In this document: positions 33,300-42,593 of the stretch, piece after piece
Layout of the letters: each line of letters opens with the position of its first letter
Numbering within the stretch: position 1 is the first letter of the stretch
Source of the DNA: Synechococcus sp.
GTDB taxonomy: Bacteria; Cyanobacteriota; Cyanobacteriia; Thermostichales; PCC-7336
Length of the DNA stretch: 64,000 nucleotides
NCBI GenBank assembly: GCA_051439605.1
Contig: JBFRWN010000124.1
Coordinates: 96,001 to 160,000, forward strand
Direction of reading: 5' to 3'
Program-made: the position numbers and the translations under genes
The notes under the pieces: model-generated
The model's input: only the letters and a program-made list of their open reading frames with translations
Told to the model about the DNA's origin: nothing
The model's database searches: none

Positions 33300-33775
33300 C
33301 TGTATGGCCACGTCTACAACCGTCGAGTCACTCGACATCCGCAGCAGCCACTTCTCGGAGGGTTTGGTGTTGGGACTGCGGGGCTCAAGCCAGCTCAGCC
33401 GTTGCGGGGTCGTTGGATAGCCTTCACAGTGCGGACACCGATAGCGCTTAGGTCGAAACTCAATCCAGACAGGTTGGTCAAACACGGGCAGGTGACGAAT
33501 CCGAATTGCCTAGTCCAAACCGTGGAATTGCTCGATCTGCAGACCCCATTGATGGCAGGTCGTGCCTTTCAGTATGTTTTCGATATAAATGAGCCAATGC
33601 CCTTGCTCAATCTTTGAGACTCCTAGCACTCGTACATCGGGCCAGTCGAGAGGGATGTGAATAGACTTATCCGTATGTTCCCCCTATCGCTTGGGTATCT
33701 GGATCGTCTCACAATAGCTATTCCTCTGCTCTCCAAACTAGATGTAGCGCTCAACCAAGCAATTCCCGAAGAACC
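33300..33775 (-). mobile_element. ISL3-family insertion sequence remnant (left end plus 5' transposase pseudogene)
   Basis: Minus-strand end GGTTCTTCGGGAATT at 33775; frame IHIPLDWPDVRVL..TCHQWG..HGLD*AIRIRHLPVFDQPVWIEFRPKRYRCPHC..TTPQRLSW has an in-frame stop and is truncated. Confidence 0.85.
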
Positions 33776-34076
33776 CAAATAGACGCATGCTGCTAACCCA
33801 CATAGCAGGGGAGGAGATGGCCAAAATCTTCAGTACGCCAGCACCCACAGCGGTTGTTCTGCCAATGTGGGCATTTTTGGGGCTTATATACCTGCATGGG
33901 CAGAGCGGAGATTTTCTGTCAAAATCAATACGATTTAGTCATAGACCTAGTGGCCGAGTTGAAGGGTATACAACTATCTGACCAATGCTATCGGCAAAGG
34001 CGTGAGATGGGGTTGAAAACATTCAAATTGTAACTTCAAACATGGGTAAAGGGTGAGGTCGCATTAGCCTTATGAC

Positions 34077-34490
34077 TTAAGCCATCATTCTTTCCGACGC
34101 CTGCTGCTCTACATCCTGAGCAGCTTCTTGCGTCTTGGCTTCAATGGTTTCACTAGTTGGTTCTGCCCTCTTGCTGGGGGGGAGTGCAGCTACGCTGGAT
34201 TCCAGCTCGACAACCATATCCTTCAGCTCTGAGATAGTGTTATCACGCTCTTCAATTGTTTCGTTCTGCTTGCGGAACTCCATCACAAACTGTGCTTTAC
34301 TCCACAGGCTAAATACCCAAGCCACAGTTGCCCCCAAGCCAGTCGCCAGAAGTAACTCCACCACCAAAGGGGCTTCAAATGACATCCCAGGAGCTACATT
34401 CACCTCCACAGGTTGAGAGTTCTGCATCGCAAACAAAGAGATTCCCAGGCATACTGCGAAAATCGTCACGAAGTTAAACTGTCGCATCAT
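34077..34490 (-). CDS. LapA (DUF1049) family membrane protein
   Basis: MRQFNFV..LFAMQNSQPV..PLVVELL..GLGA followed by a coiled coil. Confidence 0.82.
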   Translation of the reverse strand: MMRQFNFVTIFAVCLGISLFAMQNSQPVEVNVAPGMSFEAPLVVELLLATGLGATVAWVFSLWSKAQFVMEFRKQNETIEERDNTISELKDMVVELESSVAALPPSKRAEPTSETIEAKTQEAAQDVEQQASERMMA

Positions 34491-34773
34491 TACCTCAATT
34501 GGGTTTGGATCGTTTTCACGCCTACCAGTTTAGGGGTCACCCTAGAAACAACTCTTGAACGATCGCGTAAATTTTCACAACTGGTGAGACTCTGCCCATC
34601 TACCCCACCTTACTTATGCCCAATCGCCCTGCAAGCTGCTTTTTCGGAGAGTCAGCAGTCTTCTTGATTGCCCAGAAAAGCCCCCAGCCGCCACGTCGTC
34701 AATAGCACTCGGATACAAAGACGTAGTATTTGCTGTAGCTAGCATTTCCGCAAGACAGTAACTTGATTGCAAA

Positions 34774-35103
34774 TTAGTCAGTGACCTGTGGAGGCAAACC
34801 CACGAGCCCAGGATTGAGGTCAGTCGCTGACAGATTTCTCAGCAACGATTGGATGTGCATGCGGGGAATATACGGCCAACTTCCACTCGCCTCAATGTCT
34901 TGGAGCAGGTGATACAACCGTTGACGGTTATCGGGCAAGGACTCCTTAAATAGACCATCGTGAATATCCCTATGAGTCTCCTCCAGAACCCGCAGCAATT
35001 GCAGTAGCTCCAAACAGTTGCCATCCCGCTCCTTAGCTGCATCTGAAATGCGTTCCGCCAACTCCTGTAGGTCCTGTGGTAATTCTTCTTTAGGAAAATT
35101 CAT
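34774..35103 (-). CDS. Conserved cyanobacterial hypothetical protein
   Basis: LLQLLRVLEETHRDI..LF..SLPDNRQRLY.LL.DIE..G.WPYIPRM. Confidence 0.8.
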   Translation of the reverse strand: MNFPKEELPQDLQELAERISDAAKERDGNCLELLQLLRVLEETHRDIHDGLFKESLPDNRQRLYHLLQDIEASGSWPYIPRMHIQSLLRNLSATDLNPGLVGLPPQVTD

Positions 35104-35545
35104 AAATCGCGTTTTTCACCGGTATATTGTTCCTGAGTGCCTCGGTTAAATCAGAAGGCTGCCTCAGAATTAAAGCGTCTGTACTAAATTGAGCTAATTT
35201 AACACGTTCATCATGACGGGGCGATCTTATCTCAGCGCTTTCGTTCCAGTCCTAGTCAGCGATTGCATACAATAGTATGCAAATGTTAAGAGTATGAGAG
35301 CCAGTTTCGGCATCCTTCGATCGCACTTTGGCCTTCAAGCATTTGGTGGATAGCGGCTTTGCAGTCAGCGTCCAATCCAAGTACTGGGTTTTCATCCGCT
35401 CGAAGCATTCACTGAAGTTGCGAACAAGTGCTCGCTCGTTCCGGGATTGGACCCAGTTCGGCTGATGCGAATCACGGTTACCGGCCCAGCACTGAGAGCT
35501 CCTTTAGCAAATCGTTACTTAATGCACCGTTTAACGAGGTTCAAG

Positions 35546-36361
35546 ATGAGGTACCGCTCCCTGCTTGCGATACTGCTAGCACTTTTTTTGGGTGTGACTG
35601 TGACCGCCTGTGGAGAGGCTCCCCAGCAGGAAGGGCCGCTCACCTACGATCAAGTTCACAACTCGGGTCTAGCCGCCCTTTGCCCTGAGGTTTCTGACTT
35701 CGCCCGCGGCAAAATCGAATTGACTTCCGGTCAAACTGTCCAGTTGGACGACATCTGCATGCAGCCTGTTTCCATCGAGGTTGAAGAAGAGCGTCGCAGT
35801 GGTGAAAAAGAATTTGTTGGCACCAAAAATGTTACCCGCGACACATACACCCTAGGCCCCGCTCAGGGTTACATCACCTCTAAAGGTGACAACACCCTAG
35901 AGTTTGGGGTTACCGATGGTATGACCTACCAGGCAACCACCGCACAAATGCCTGGCCGAGAGCAGATTCCGATCCTGCTCAGCATCAAGCGCATGAAAGC
36001 AACGTCTGCCTCTGCTGATGGAAGCATCAACTCTTCCCTAGACTTTGAAGGGGACTACACCGTACAGGGCTACCGTGGCAGTACCTTCCTCGATCCCAAA
36101 GCGCGCGGTAGCGAAACCGGCTACGAAATGGCCAATGCTCTACAAGCAGCTCAAGAGGAATACCCCGAAGGCACTGTCAAAACTGACGAGTTCACCAAAG
36201 GTCAGGTTTCCATCCAAATCGCTCGTGTCGATCCTGAAACTGGCGAAATTGGTGGCAATTTCATCAGCTACCAGATGTCCAGCGACGAGCAAGGAACCCT
36301 CGAGCCACATTTGATTCGAGTTCAGGGAATATTCTACGCTCGGACGGTCGGCGAAGCTTAA
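35546..36361 (+). CDS. psbO: Photosystem II manganese-stabilizing protein
   Basis: MRYRSLLA signal, LTYDQV..GLA..CP, C.QP, YRGSTFLDPKARG, GIFYA. Confidence 0.95.
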   Translation: MRYRSLLAILLALFLGVTVTACGEAPQQEGPLTYDQVHNSGLAALCPEVSDFARGKIELTSGQTVQLDDICMQPVSIEVEEERRSGEKEFVGTKNVTRDTYTLGPAQGYITSKGDNTLEFGVTDGMTYQATTAQMPGREQIPILLSIKRMKATSASADGSINSSLDFEGDYTVQGYRGSTFLDPKARGSETGYEMANALQAAQEEYPEGTVKTDEFTKGQVSIQIARVDPETGEIGGNFISYQMSSDEQGTLEPHLIRVQGIFYARTVGEA

Positions 36362-36402
36362 GGTTGCGCGATCGCGTTCTTTTCAGTTCATTACTGCTTA
36401 CG

Positions 36403-36434
36403 AAAGGGCTGGCCCCGTTGGGGCTGGTCCTTTT
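36403..36434 (+). terminator. Rho-independent terminator after psbO
   Basis: AGGGCTGGCCCC-GTT-GGGGCTGGTCCT hairpin followed by Ts. Confidence 0.75.
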
Positions 36435-36460
36435 GCTTTCCTCCTCTCGAAATCTATTTC

Positions 36461-37291
36461 ATGAGCAACGTCGGCACAGTAGCCTACCTGGGGCCAGCGG
36501 GAACTTTTACAGAAGCCGCAGCTATTAGCTTTCAACCCAACGAAGCTTTGCTGGTTCCCTACTCCAGCAACCAAGCCACATTGCAGGCTGTTGTTGACGG
36601 TGAGGTGGAGTGGGGGGTTGTTCCGGTGGAAAATTCGGTTCAAGGAGGGGTTACTGCCACGCTCGATATGCTGTGGCAGTTGAATGGACTACACATTCAT
36701 CAGGCTGAAATCTTGCCCATTCGCCACTATCTGATGGGGTTTGCACCCGCCATCAGCGGCATCGAAACGGTGTATGCGCATCCGCAGGCGCTAGCACAAT
36801 GCAGATTGTGGCTAAGCGATCATTTACCCCATGCCCAGACTGTTCCAGCAGCATCTAACACTAGCGAGCTTTCTATGTTGGCTCAGACCCCAACGGCAGC
36901 AGCAATTTCTTCGCACCGAGCGGCTGAAGTATACGGGATTCCATTACTTGCCAATGCCATCAACGATTACGACAACAACAGCACACAGTTCTGGGTGGTC
37001 AGCCGAAATCCATCCCCAGGCGGTCCTTACTCGTCATTCGCCTTTTGTGTCAAAGCCAACGTACCGGGAGCCTTGCTCCAACCGTTGCAGGTCTTGGCCG
37101 CCGCGGGGATTAACATGAGACGCATTGAATCTCGTCCTTCTAAACGGGCGATTGGCGATTACGTGTTCTTCGTTGACGTGGAACATCAGGATCGGTCTCA
37201 TTTCCCAGACCACGTTCTCAACTTATTGCAAGAGATTGCTGCTGTTATTAAGGTTTTTGGCAGCTACCCGCTTAAAATTTGCCAGGATTGA
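36461..37291 (+). CDS. pheA: Prephenate dehydratase
   Basis: AYLGPAGTFTEAA, VPVENS, HPQALAQC, ACT domain IESRPSK. Confidence 0.95.
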   Translation: MSNVGTVAYLGPAGTFTEAAAISFQPNEALLVPYSSNQATLQAVVDGEVEWGVVPVENSVQGGVTATLDMLWQLNGLHIHQAEILPIRHYLMGFAPAISGIETVYAHPQALAQCRLWLSDHLPHAQTVPAASNTSELSMLAQTPTAAAISSHRAAEVYGIPLLANAINDYDNNSTQFWVVSRNPSPGGPYSSFAFCVKANVPGALLQPLQVLAAAGINMRRIESRPSKRAIGDYVFFVDVEHQDRSHFPDHVLNLLQEIAAVIKVFGSYPLKICQD

Positions 37292-37539
37292 TTCGCTAAG
37301 CCTGACCGGATGAAGACGAACTAACCCAGTCTAAAGCTTGGCCTGACATCCCAGACGACAAACCTGTCAGTGAATTTGAGTTATATCTTGGCGGTTAACA
37401 AGATGGCTCTGATGCGATACCATCTCCACTGCTAGCGCCCGGAAGGCTTGAGAAACCTTGAGGCTCCACCCCTCTACGTAAGGATTTCCCCCTATAATGA
37501 CTTTGTTAAAAACCGTTGCAGACGTGGGAGACGGCACTC

Positions 37540-38721
37540 ATGCCGATGATCGAAACCAAAGCGGATCGGATGGTGCTCAACTTTGGGCCACACCATCCCT
37601 CTATGCATGGCGTCTTGCGACTGCTTGTAACCCTTGACGGTGAGAATGTCGTGGATTGCGAGCCGGTGCTGGGGTATCTGCACCGGGCAATGGAAAAAAT
37701 CGCCGAAAACCGAACAATCGTCCAGTACCTGCCCTACGTCACCCGTTGGGACTACCTGGCCACCATGTTCACCGAAGCCATTACGGTGAATGCCCCCGAG
37801 CAATTAGCGGATGTTAAAGTTCCTCGTCGAGCTCAGTACATTCGGGTCATCATGCTGGAACTGAGCCGCATCGCCTCCCACCTGCTCTGGCTAGGTACCT
37901 TTGTGGCCGATATTGGCGCCCAAACCCCCTTCTTCTATGTCTTCCGAGAGCGGGAGATGATTTACGACCTGTTTGAAGCTGCCACCGGCATGCGCATGAT
38001 GCACAATTATTTTCGCATTGGTGGCGTTGCCGCGGACTTGCCTTATGGATGGGTCGAGAAGTGCAACGATTTCTGCGACTATCTTCTGCCCAAAATTGAT
38101 GAATACGAGCGGTTGCTGTCTAAGAACCCCATCCTGCGCAATCGCACCGAAGGGGTCGGTACCATCACTCGCGAGAATGCCATTAGCTGGGGATTGTCTG
38201 GCCCGATGTTGCGGGCCTCGGGGGTGAAGTGGGACCTGCGGAAAGTCGACCACTACGAATGCTACGACGATTTCGATTGGGAGGTTCAAACGGCAACGGC
38301 AGGGGACTGCTTGGCGAGGTATTTCGTGCGAGTCCGCGAGATGCGCGAATCTATCAAGATTATTCGCCAAGCCCTCGATAGACTTCCTGGTGGCCCATTC
38401 GAAAACTTGGAAGCCCAGCGCATGACTGGTGGTCCCAAGTCCGAATGGAATGATTTCCAGTACCAGTTCATTGGCAAGAAATCTTCCCCCATGTTTAAGG
38501 TGCCGGAGGACGAACACTACGTGCGAGTTGAAGCTCCTAAAGGAGAATTGGGGGTCTATCTTGTGGGAGACGGTAACGTTTTCCCCTGGAGATTCAAGAT
38601 TCGTCCACCGGGCTTCATCAACCTGCAGGTTTTACCAGAACTGGTCAGAGGGATGAAGCTGGCTGACATCATGGCCATTCTGGGCAGCATCGACATCATC
38701 ATGGGCGAAGTCGATCGCTAA
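37540..38721 (+). CDS. ndhH: NDH-1 subunit H (core copy)
   Basis: [21 protein letters not shown]. Confidence 0.98.
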   Translation: MPMIETKADRMVLNFGPHHPSMHGVLRLLVTLDGENVVDCEPVLGYLHRAMEKIAENRTIVQYLPYVTRWDYLATMFTEAITVNAPEQLADVKVPRRAQYIRVIMLELSRIASHLLWLGTFVADIGAQTPFFYVFREREMIYDLFEAATGMRMMHNYFRIGGVAADLPYGWVEKCNDFCDYLLPKIDEYERLLSKNPILRNRTEGVGTITRENAISWGLSGPMLRASGVKWDLRKVDHYECYDDFDWEVQTATAGDCLARYFVRVREMRESIKIIRQALDRLPGGPFENLEAQRMTGGPKSEWNDFQYQFIGKKSSPMFKVPEDEHYVRVEAPKGELGVYLVGDGNVFPWRFKIRPPGFINLQVLPELVRGMKLADIMAILGSIDIIMGEVDR

Positions 38722-38822
38722 CGATTTGCCGCCAACTCAGCCCCCCCAGCTATCTGGGGCATATTCCCCTGTATGGCAGCCCTTTATTCAGTCGCTCGAA
38801 GCCTTTACGAGTACCCAACAGT

Positions 38823-39941
38823 ATGGAAACCGGTCTAGACTTACAACGCAGTTTTCTCGAGCTCCTGGTGGGCTGGGGTGTTCGCCCGGACATCGCGTCG
38901 GCGGTATGGCTACCTCTACCCATGTTGGTTCTGATTGCTGGCGTAACCGTAGGAGTTATGGTCCTCACCTGGCTGGAGCGTAAGGTGTCGGCAGCAGCAC
39001 AACAACGTACTGGCCCTACACTCGCTGGCCCCCAGGGTTTATTAATTCCTCTTGCGGACGGCCTCAAGCTGCTCACCAAAGAGGACGTCACCCCTGCGAA
39101 TGCCGATCCCTTGCTGTTTACTCTGGGGCCAGTATTGGTTTTTCTGCCGGTATTTTTTTCCTACTTGGTGATTCCGTTCGGCCAAAATATGCTGCTGACG
39201 GATTTATCTATCGGCGTATTCATGGTAATTGCAGTCTCCAGCATTCAACCCATTGGTTTGTTGATGGCAGGTTACGGGTCAAACAACAAGTATTCATTGT
39301 TGGGCGGTTTGCGTGCAGCTGCCCAATCCATTAGTTACGAACTGCCGCTAGCACTCTCAGTACTGGCGATAGCCATGATGAGCAACGGCCTTGGCACCAT
39401 CGATATTGTCAACCAGCAGGAAGGTTTGGGAATTCTTTCTTGGAACGTTTGGCGCCAGCCCATTGGCTTTGTCATCTTCCTGATTTCTGCGCTGGCAGAG
39501 TGCGAACGACTTCCCTTCGATTTACCTGAGGCGGAAGAAGAGCTGGTGGCTGGCTACCAGACTGAATATTCAGCCATGAAATTTGCTCTGTTCTATCTGG
39601 GGTCCTATGCCAACCTGCTGCTTGCGGCTCTGCTGGCTACCGTGCTGTATATGGGTGGCTGGTCCTTCATTATTCCGGTGGACATGTTGGCCGACCTAGT
39701 GGGGGTTTCCATTTACAATCCCGTGTTTCAGGTGATTGCTGGGGCACTGGGTATTTTCATGACCCTGTTCAAAGCGTTCTTATTCGTATTCTTGGCTATC
39801 ATCACCCGCTGGACGCTGCCTCGCGTCCGCATCGACCAACTATTGGATCTGGGTTGGAAGTTCCTACTACCGATTTCCTTAGTCAATCTACTGCTGACTG
39901 CCGCATGCAAACTGGCACTACCCGCTTTTTTTGGCGGCTAA
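38823..39941 (+). CDS. ndhA: NDH-1 subunit A (NuoH)
   Basis: [44 protein letters not shown]. Confidence 0.98.
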   Translation: METGLDLQRSFLELLVGWGVRPDIASAVWLPLPMLVLIAGVTVGVMVLTWLERKVSAAAQQRTGPTLAGPQGLLIPLADGLKLLTKEDVTPANADPLLFTLGPVLVFLPVFFSYLVIPFGQNMLLTDLSIGVFMVIAVSSIQPIGLLMAGYGSNNKYSLLGGLRAAAQSISYELPLALSVLAIAMMSNGLGTIDIVNQQEGLGILSWNVWRQPIGFVIFLISALAECERLPFDLPEAEEELVAGYQTEYSAMKFALFYLGSYANLLLAALLATVLYMGGWSFIIPVDMLADLVGVSIYNPVFQVIAGALGIFMTLFKAFLFVFLAIITRWTLPRVRIDQLLDLGWKFLLPISLVNLLLTAACKLALPAFFGG

Positions 39942-39975
39942 ACCATCACTGACTGACCGATAGAGAGGACACGAC

Positions 39976-40599
39976 ATGAAATTTCTAAACAAGGTGGGTG
40001 GCTACGCCAGTGATGTCTGGCAGTCTGCCAAGGCAATTGGACAGGGGCTGACGGTGGTGTTCGATCACATGAACCGCCGCCCTATTACGGTCCAATATCC
40101 CTACGAGAAGCTGATCCCCTCCGAACGATTCCGCGGCCGCATCCACTTTGAGTTCGACAAGTGCATCTCCTGTGAAGTCTGCGTTCGGGTCTGCCCCATT
40201 AACCTGCCTGTGGTGGACTATGCTTTTAATGCCAAGTTGAAGAAAAAGGAGCTGTACAGTTACAGTATTGACTTTGGCGTCTGCATTTTTTGTGGCAACT
40301 GCGTTGAATTTTGCCCCACCAATGCTCTGTCCATGACAGAAGAGTACGATCTGTCTGCCTACGACCGGCACGAGCTGAACTATAACCAGGTGGCTTTGGG
40401 CCGCCTTCCCTACAAGGTCACCGACGACCCGATGGTCACCCCCTTGCGGGAATTGGCCTATCTCCCCAAGGGAGTCATGGAACCTCACGATCTTGAGCCA
40501 GGTGTTCAGCGTGCCGGGAAGCGGCCCCAAGATATTCTGGAGGAGTTGAGAGCAGCCAAGGAGGCCGCTACAACAGCTTCTGCAGAGTCTGCAGAATAG
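39976..40599 (+). CDS. ndhI: NDH-1 subunit I
   Basis: [12 protein letters not shown] and [12 protein letters not shown] 4Fe-4S motifs. Confidence 0.98.
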   Translation: MKFLNKVGGYASDVWQSAKAIGQGLTVVFDHMNRRPITVQYPYEKLIPSERFRGRIHFEFDKCISCEVCVRVCPINLPVVDYAFNAKLKKKELYSYSIDFGVCIFCGNCVEFCPTNALSMTEEYDLSAYDRHELNYNQVALGRLPYKVTDDPMVTPLRELAYLPKGVMEPHDLEPGVQRAGKRPQDILEELRAAKEAATTASAESAE

Positions 40600-40677
40600 A
40601 CTTGGAGATTCAAGGTTTTTGCCCTTTGACAGCTGATACTTTGACAAGACCCGTGATTGCTAGATAGGAGAAGGTTC

Positions 40678-41280
40678 GTGCAGCTATCTGAAGGAGTTCA
40701 ACTGGTTAGCTTTGGCATATTGTCTGCAATGGCCATTGGGTTTGCCCTGGGAGTGGTCCTGCTACCCAGCATCGTGTACGCCGCTTTTATGCTAGGTGGC
40801 GTGTTCATGAGCATGGCTGGGCTATATCTCTTGCTGAATGCTGACTTTGTTGCTGCAGCGCAGGTGCTTATCTATGTAGGTGCAGTCAATGTTTTGATCC
40901 TGTTTGCCATTATGCTCGTTAACCGTCAGCAAACTTTCCAACCGTTGAAGTTGGGTTGGTTGCGCAATGCTTTCGCTGCAGCTGTCTGTGCAGGTATTGT
41001 TTTCCTCTTAGGAAGCGCAGTCTTTTCAACTGGTTGGGCGGTTCAGCCGGTGCAGGAAATCAGCAGTATTTTAGTGATTGGCGGTCAGTTTTTCTCCTAT
41101 TACCTGCTACCGTTTGAGGTTGCATCTGTTCTGCTACTGATGGCGTTGATCGGCGCCATTGTGATTGCTCGCCGAGAGTTTATTGCCGAGGTGCCAGATC
41201 GGTCTGAAGAGGTAGAGTTTGCCTTACTGGAGCGCCCCCGCTCCACGATCCCCACCGGTACAATGTCTGAAGGTAAATAG
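40678..41280 (+). CDS. ndhG: NDH-1 subunit G (NuoJ)
   Basis: AQVLIYVGAVNVLILFAIML, LLPFE; GTG after AGGAG. Confidence 0.96.
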   Translation: MQLSEGVQLVSFGILSAMAIGFALGVVLLPSIVYAAFMLGGVFMSMAGLYLLLNADFVAAAQVLIYVGAVNVLILFAIMLVNRQQTFQPLKLGWLRNAFAAAVCAGIVFLLGSAVFSTGWAVQPVQEISSILVIGGQFFSYYLLPFEVASVLLLMALIGAIVIARREFIAEVPDRSEEVEFALLERPRSTIPTGTMSEGK

Positions 41281-41286
41281 ATCGAA

Positions 41287-41595
41287 ATGTTAGAACTTGA
41301 ATTTTTCCTGACTGTTGCCGCCATTCTGTTCGGGATTGGCATTTATGGAGTGGTCACCAGTCGTAACGTAGTGCGGGTGTTGATGTCCATTGAGCTCCTG
41401 TTGAATGCCGTCAATCTCAACTTTATTGCCTTCTCGAATTTCCTCGATTCTGGAAGTATCCGCGGTCAGGTGTTCTCTGTATTTGTCATTACCGTGGCTG
41501 CAGCTGAAGCAGCTGTGGGGTTAGCAATTGTCCTTTCTATCTACCGCAATCGCTCCACCATTGATATGGAAAGCTTTAATCTTCTCAAGTGGTAA
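41287..41595 (+). CDS. ndhE: NDH-1 subunit E (NuoK)
   Basis: [31 protein letters not shown]. Confidence 0.97.
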   Translation: MLELEFFLTVAAILFGIGIYGVVTSRNVVRVLMSIELLLNAVNLNFIAFSNFLDSGSIRGQVFSVFVITVAAAEAAVGLAIVLSIYRNRSTIDMESFNLLKW

Positions 41596-41597
41596 TA

Positions 41598-41620
41598 AGG
41601 TCTCACAGACATTGAGACCT
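41598..41620. terminator. Hairpin between convergent ndhE and rhomboid
   Basis: AGGTCTCA-N7-TGAGACCT. Confidence 0.55.
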
Positions 41621-41688
41621 CTATATCAAGCTAATTAATTAAGCGTACCAAAGATACTATTTCCCCTAGTCTCGACCTCTTGTGGGAT

Positions 41689-42405
41689 TTAGAACAGGGC
41701 TCGGGGGTTCTTTTTCGACATAAAAAACTTGACCAGCAACACACCGAATACAAAGCCGCCTGCATGGGCCCAGTAGGCTATCCCTCCTGTACCCATGTTG
41801 ACGTCATTATCAAGCGATAAAACGCTGTAAAAAGCTTGTTGGATAAACCACCATCCCAGGTAAAAGACAGCCGGTATCCTGATGTAAATGGGGAAAATTA
41901 CAATTAGAAAAACTGCTCTGACTTTGGCTTTTGGGAAATTAATCAGATAGGCTCCCAAAACAGCAGCGATCGCCCCACTGGCCCCTAAGTTCGGAACTAC
42001 AGAAGTTGGGTCAGCAACCACTTGAACAACCGTAGCCCCTGCCCCACACAACAAGTAAAAAACTAGAAATTTGAAGTGGCCCATGACATCTTCGATGTTG
42101 TCACCGAAGATCCACAGGAACAACATGTTTCCAATAACGTGCAAAAATCCACCATGCAAAAACATAGCGGTGACAATGGGGAGAATCAAGATTGGTAATA
42201 GCTCCAGTTGACCCGCTATCACTTGTTGGAAATGGGCTGCTTCCCTGGCGGGGATGACGGCGAAGGTTCTCCAAAAACTTGTTAGAGAACCATTGGCATC
42301 TAAATACAACTGGTACAAGAAAATAGCGATATTTGCCGCGACAATTGCCTGCACCACAATAGGCTGGGTGCGGCTAGGATTTTCGTCACTATAGGGAAAT
42401 AGCAA
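41689..42405 (-). CDS. Rhomboid intramembrane serine protease
   Basis: FLHGGFLHVIGNMLFL, GASGA, AYWAHAGG. Confidence 0.95.
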   Translation of the reverse strand: MLFPYSDENPSRTQPIVVQAIVAANIAIFLYQLYLDANGSLTSFWRTFAVIPAREAAHFQQVIAGQLELLPILILPIVTAMFLHGGFLHVIGNMLFLWIFGDNIEDVMGHFKFLVFYLLCGAGATVVQVVADPTSVVPNLGASGAIAAVLGAYLINFPKAKVRAVFLIVIFPIYIRIPAVFYLGWWFIQQAFYSVLSLDNDVNMGTGGIAYWAHAGGFVFGVLLVKFFMSKKNPRALF

Positions 42406-42593
42406 TAGCTGATTCCTCAGTAAGCGAGGGCGATACCGACCCGCAGACGAATCGGTGAAGCCAGCCTATCACTTGCAAGAAGAGGGGATGTATCCAGTAG
42501 CAGTTAACATCAGAGGTTGCACAACACTATCTATACCCGTCCAGAGTTCTGAATCGGTGAGATGTCCCGAGAGACTTGTCGGTCGCTATAGAA

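Noticed and set aside
37891..40647. Long antisense ORFs (37891-38517, 39985-40647) and similar ones opposite ftsH, 4655-5263 and the linker gene
   Set aside because: Shadow frames of well-conserved genes, with no recognisable motifs.
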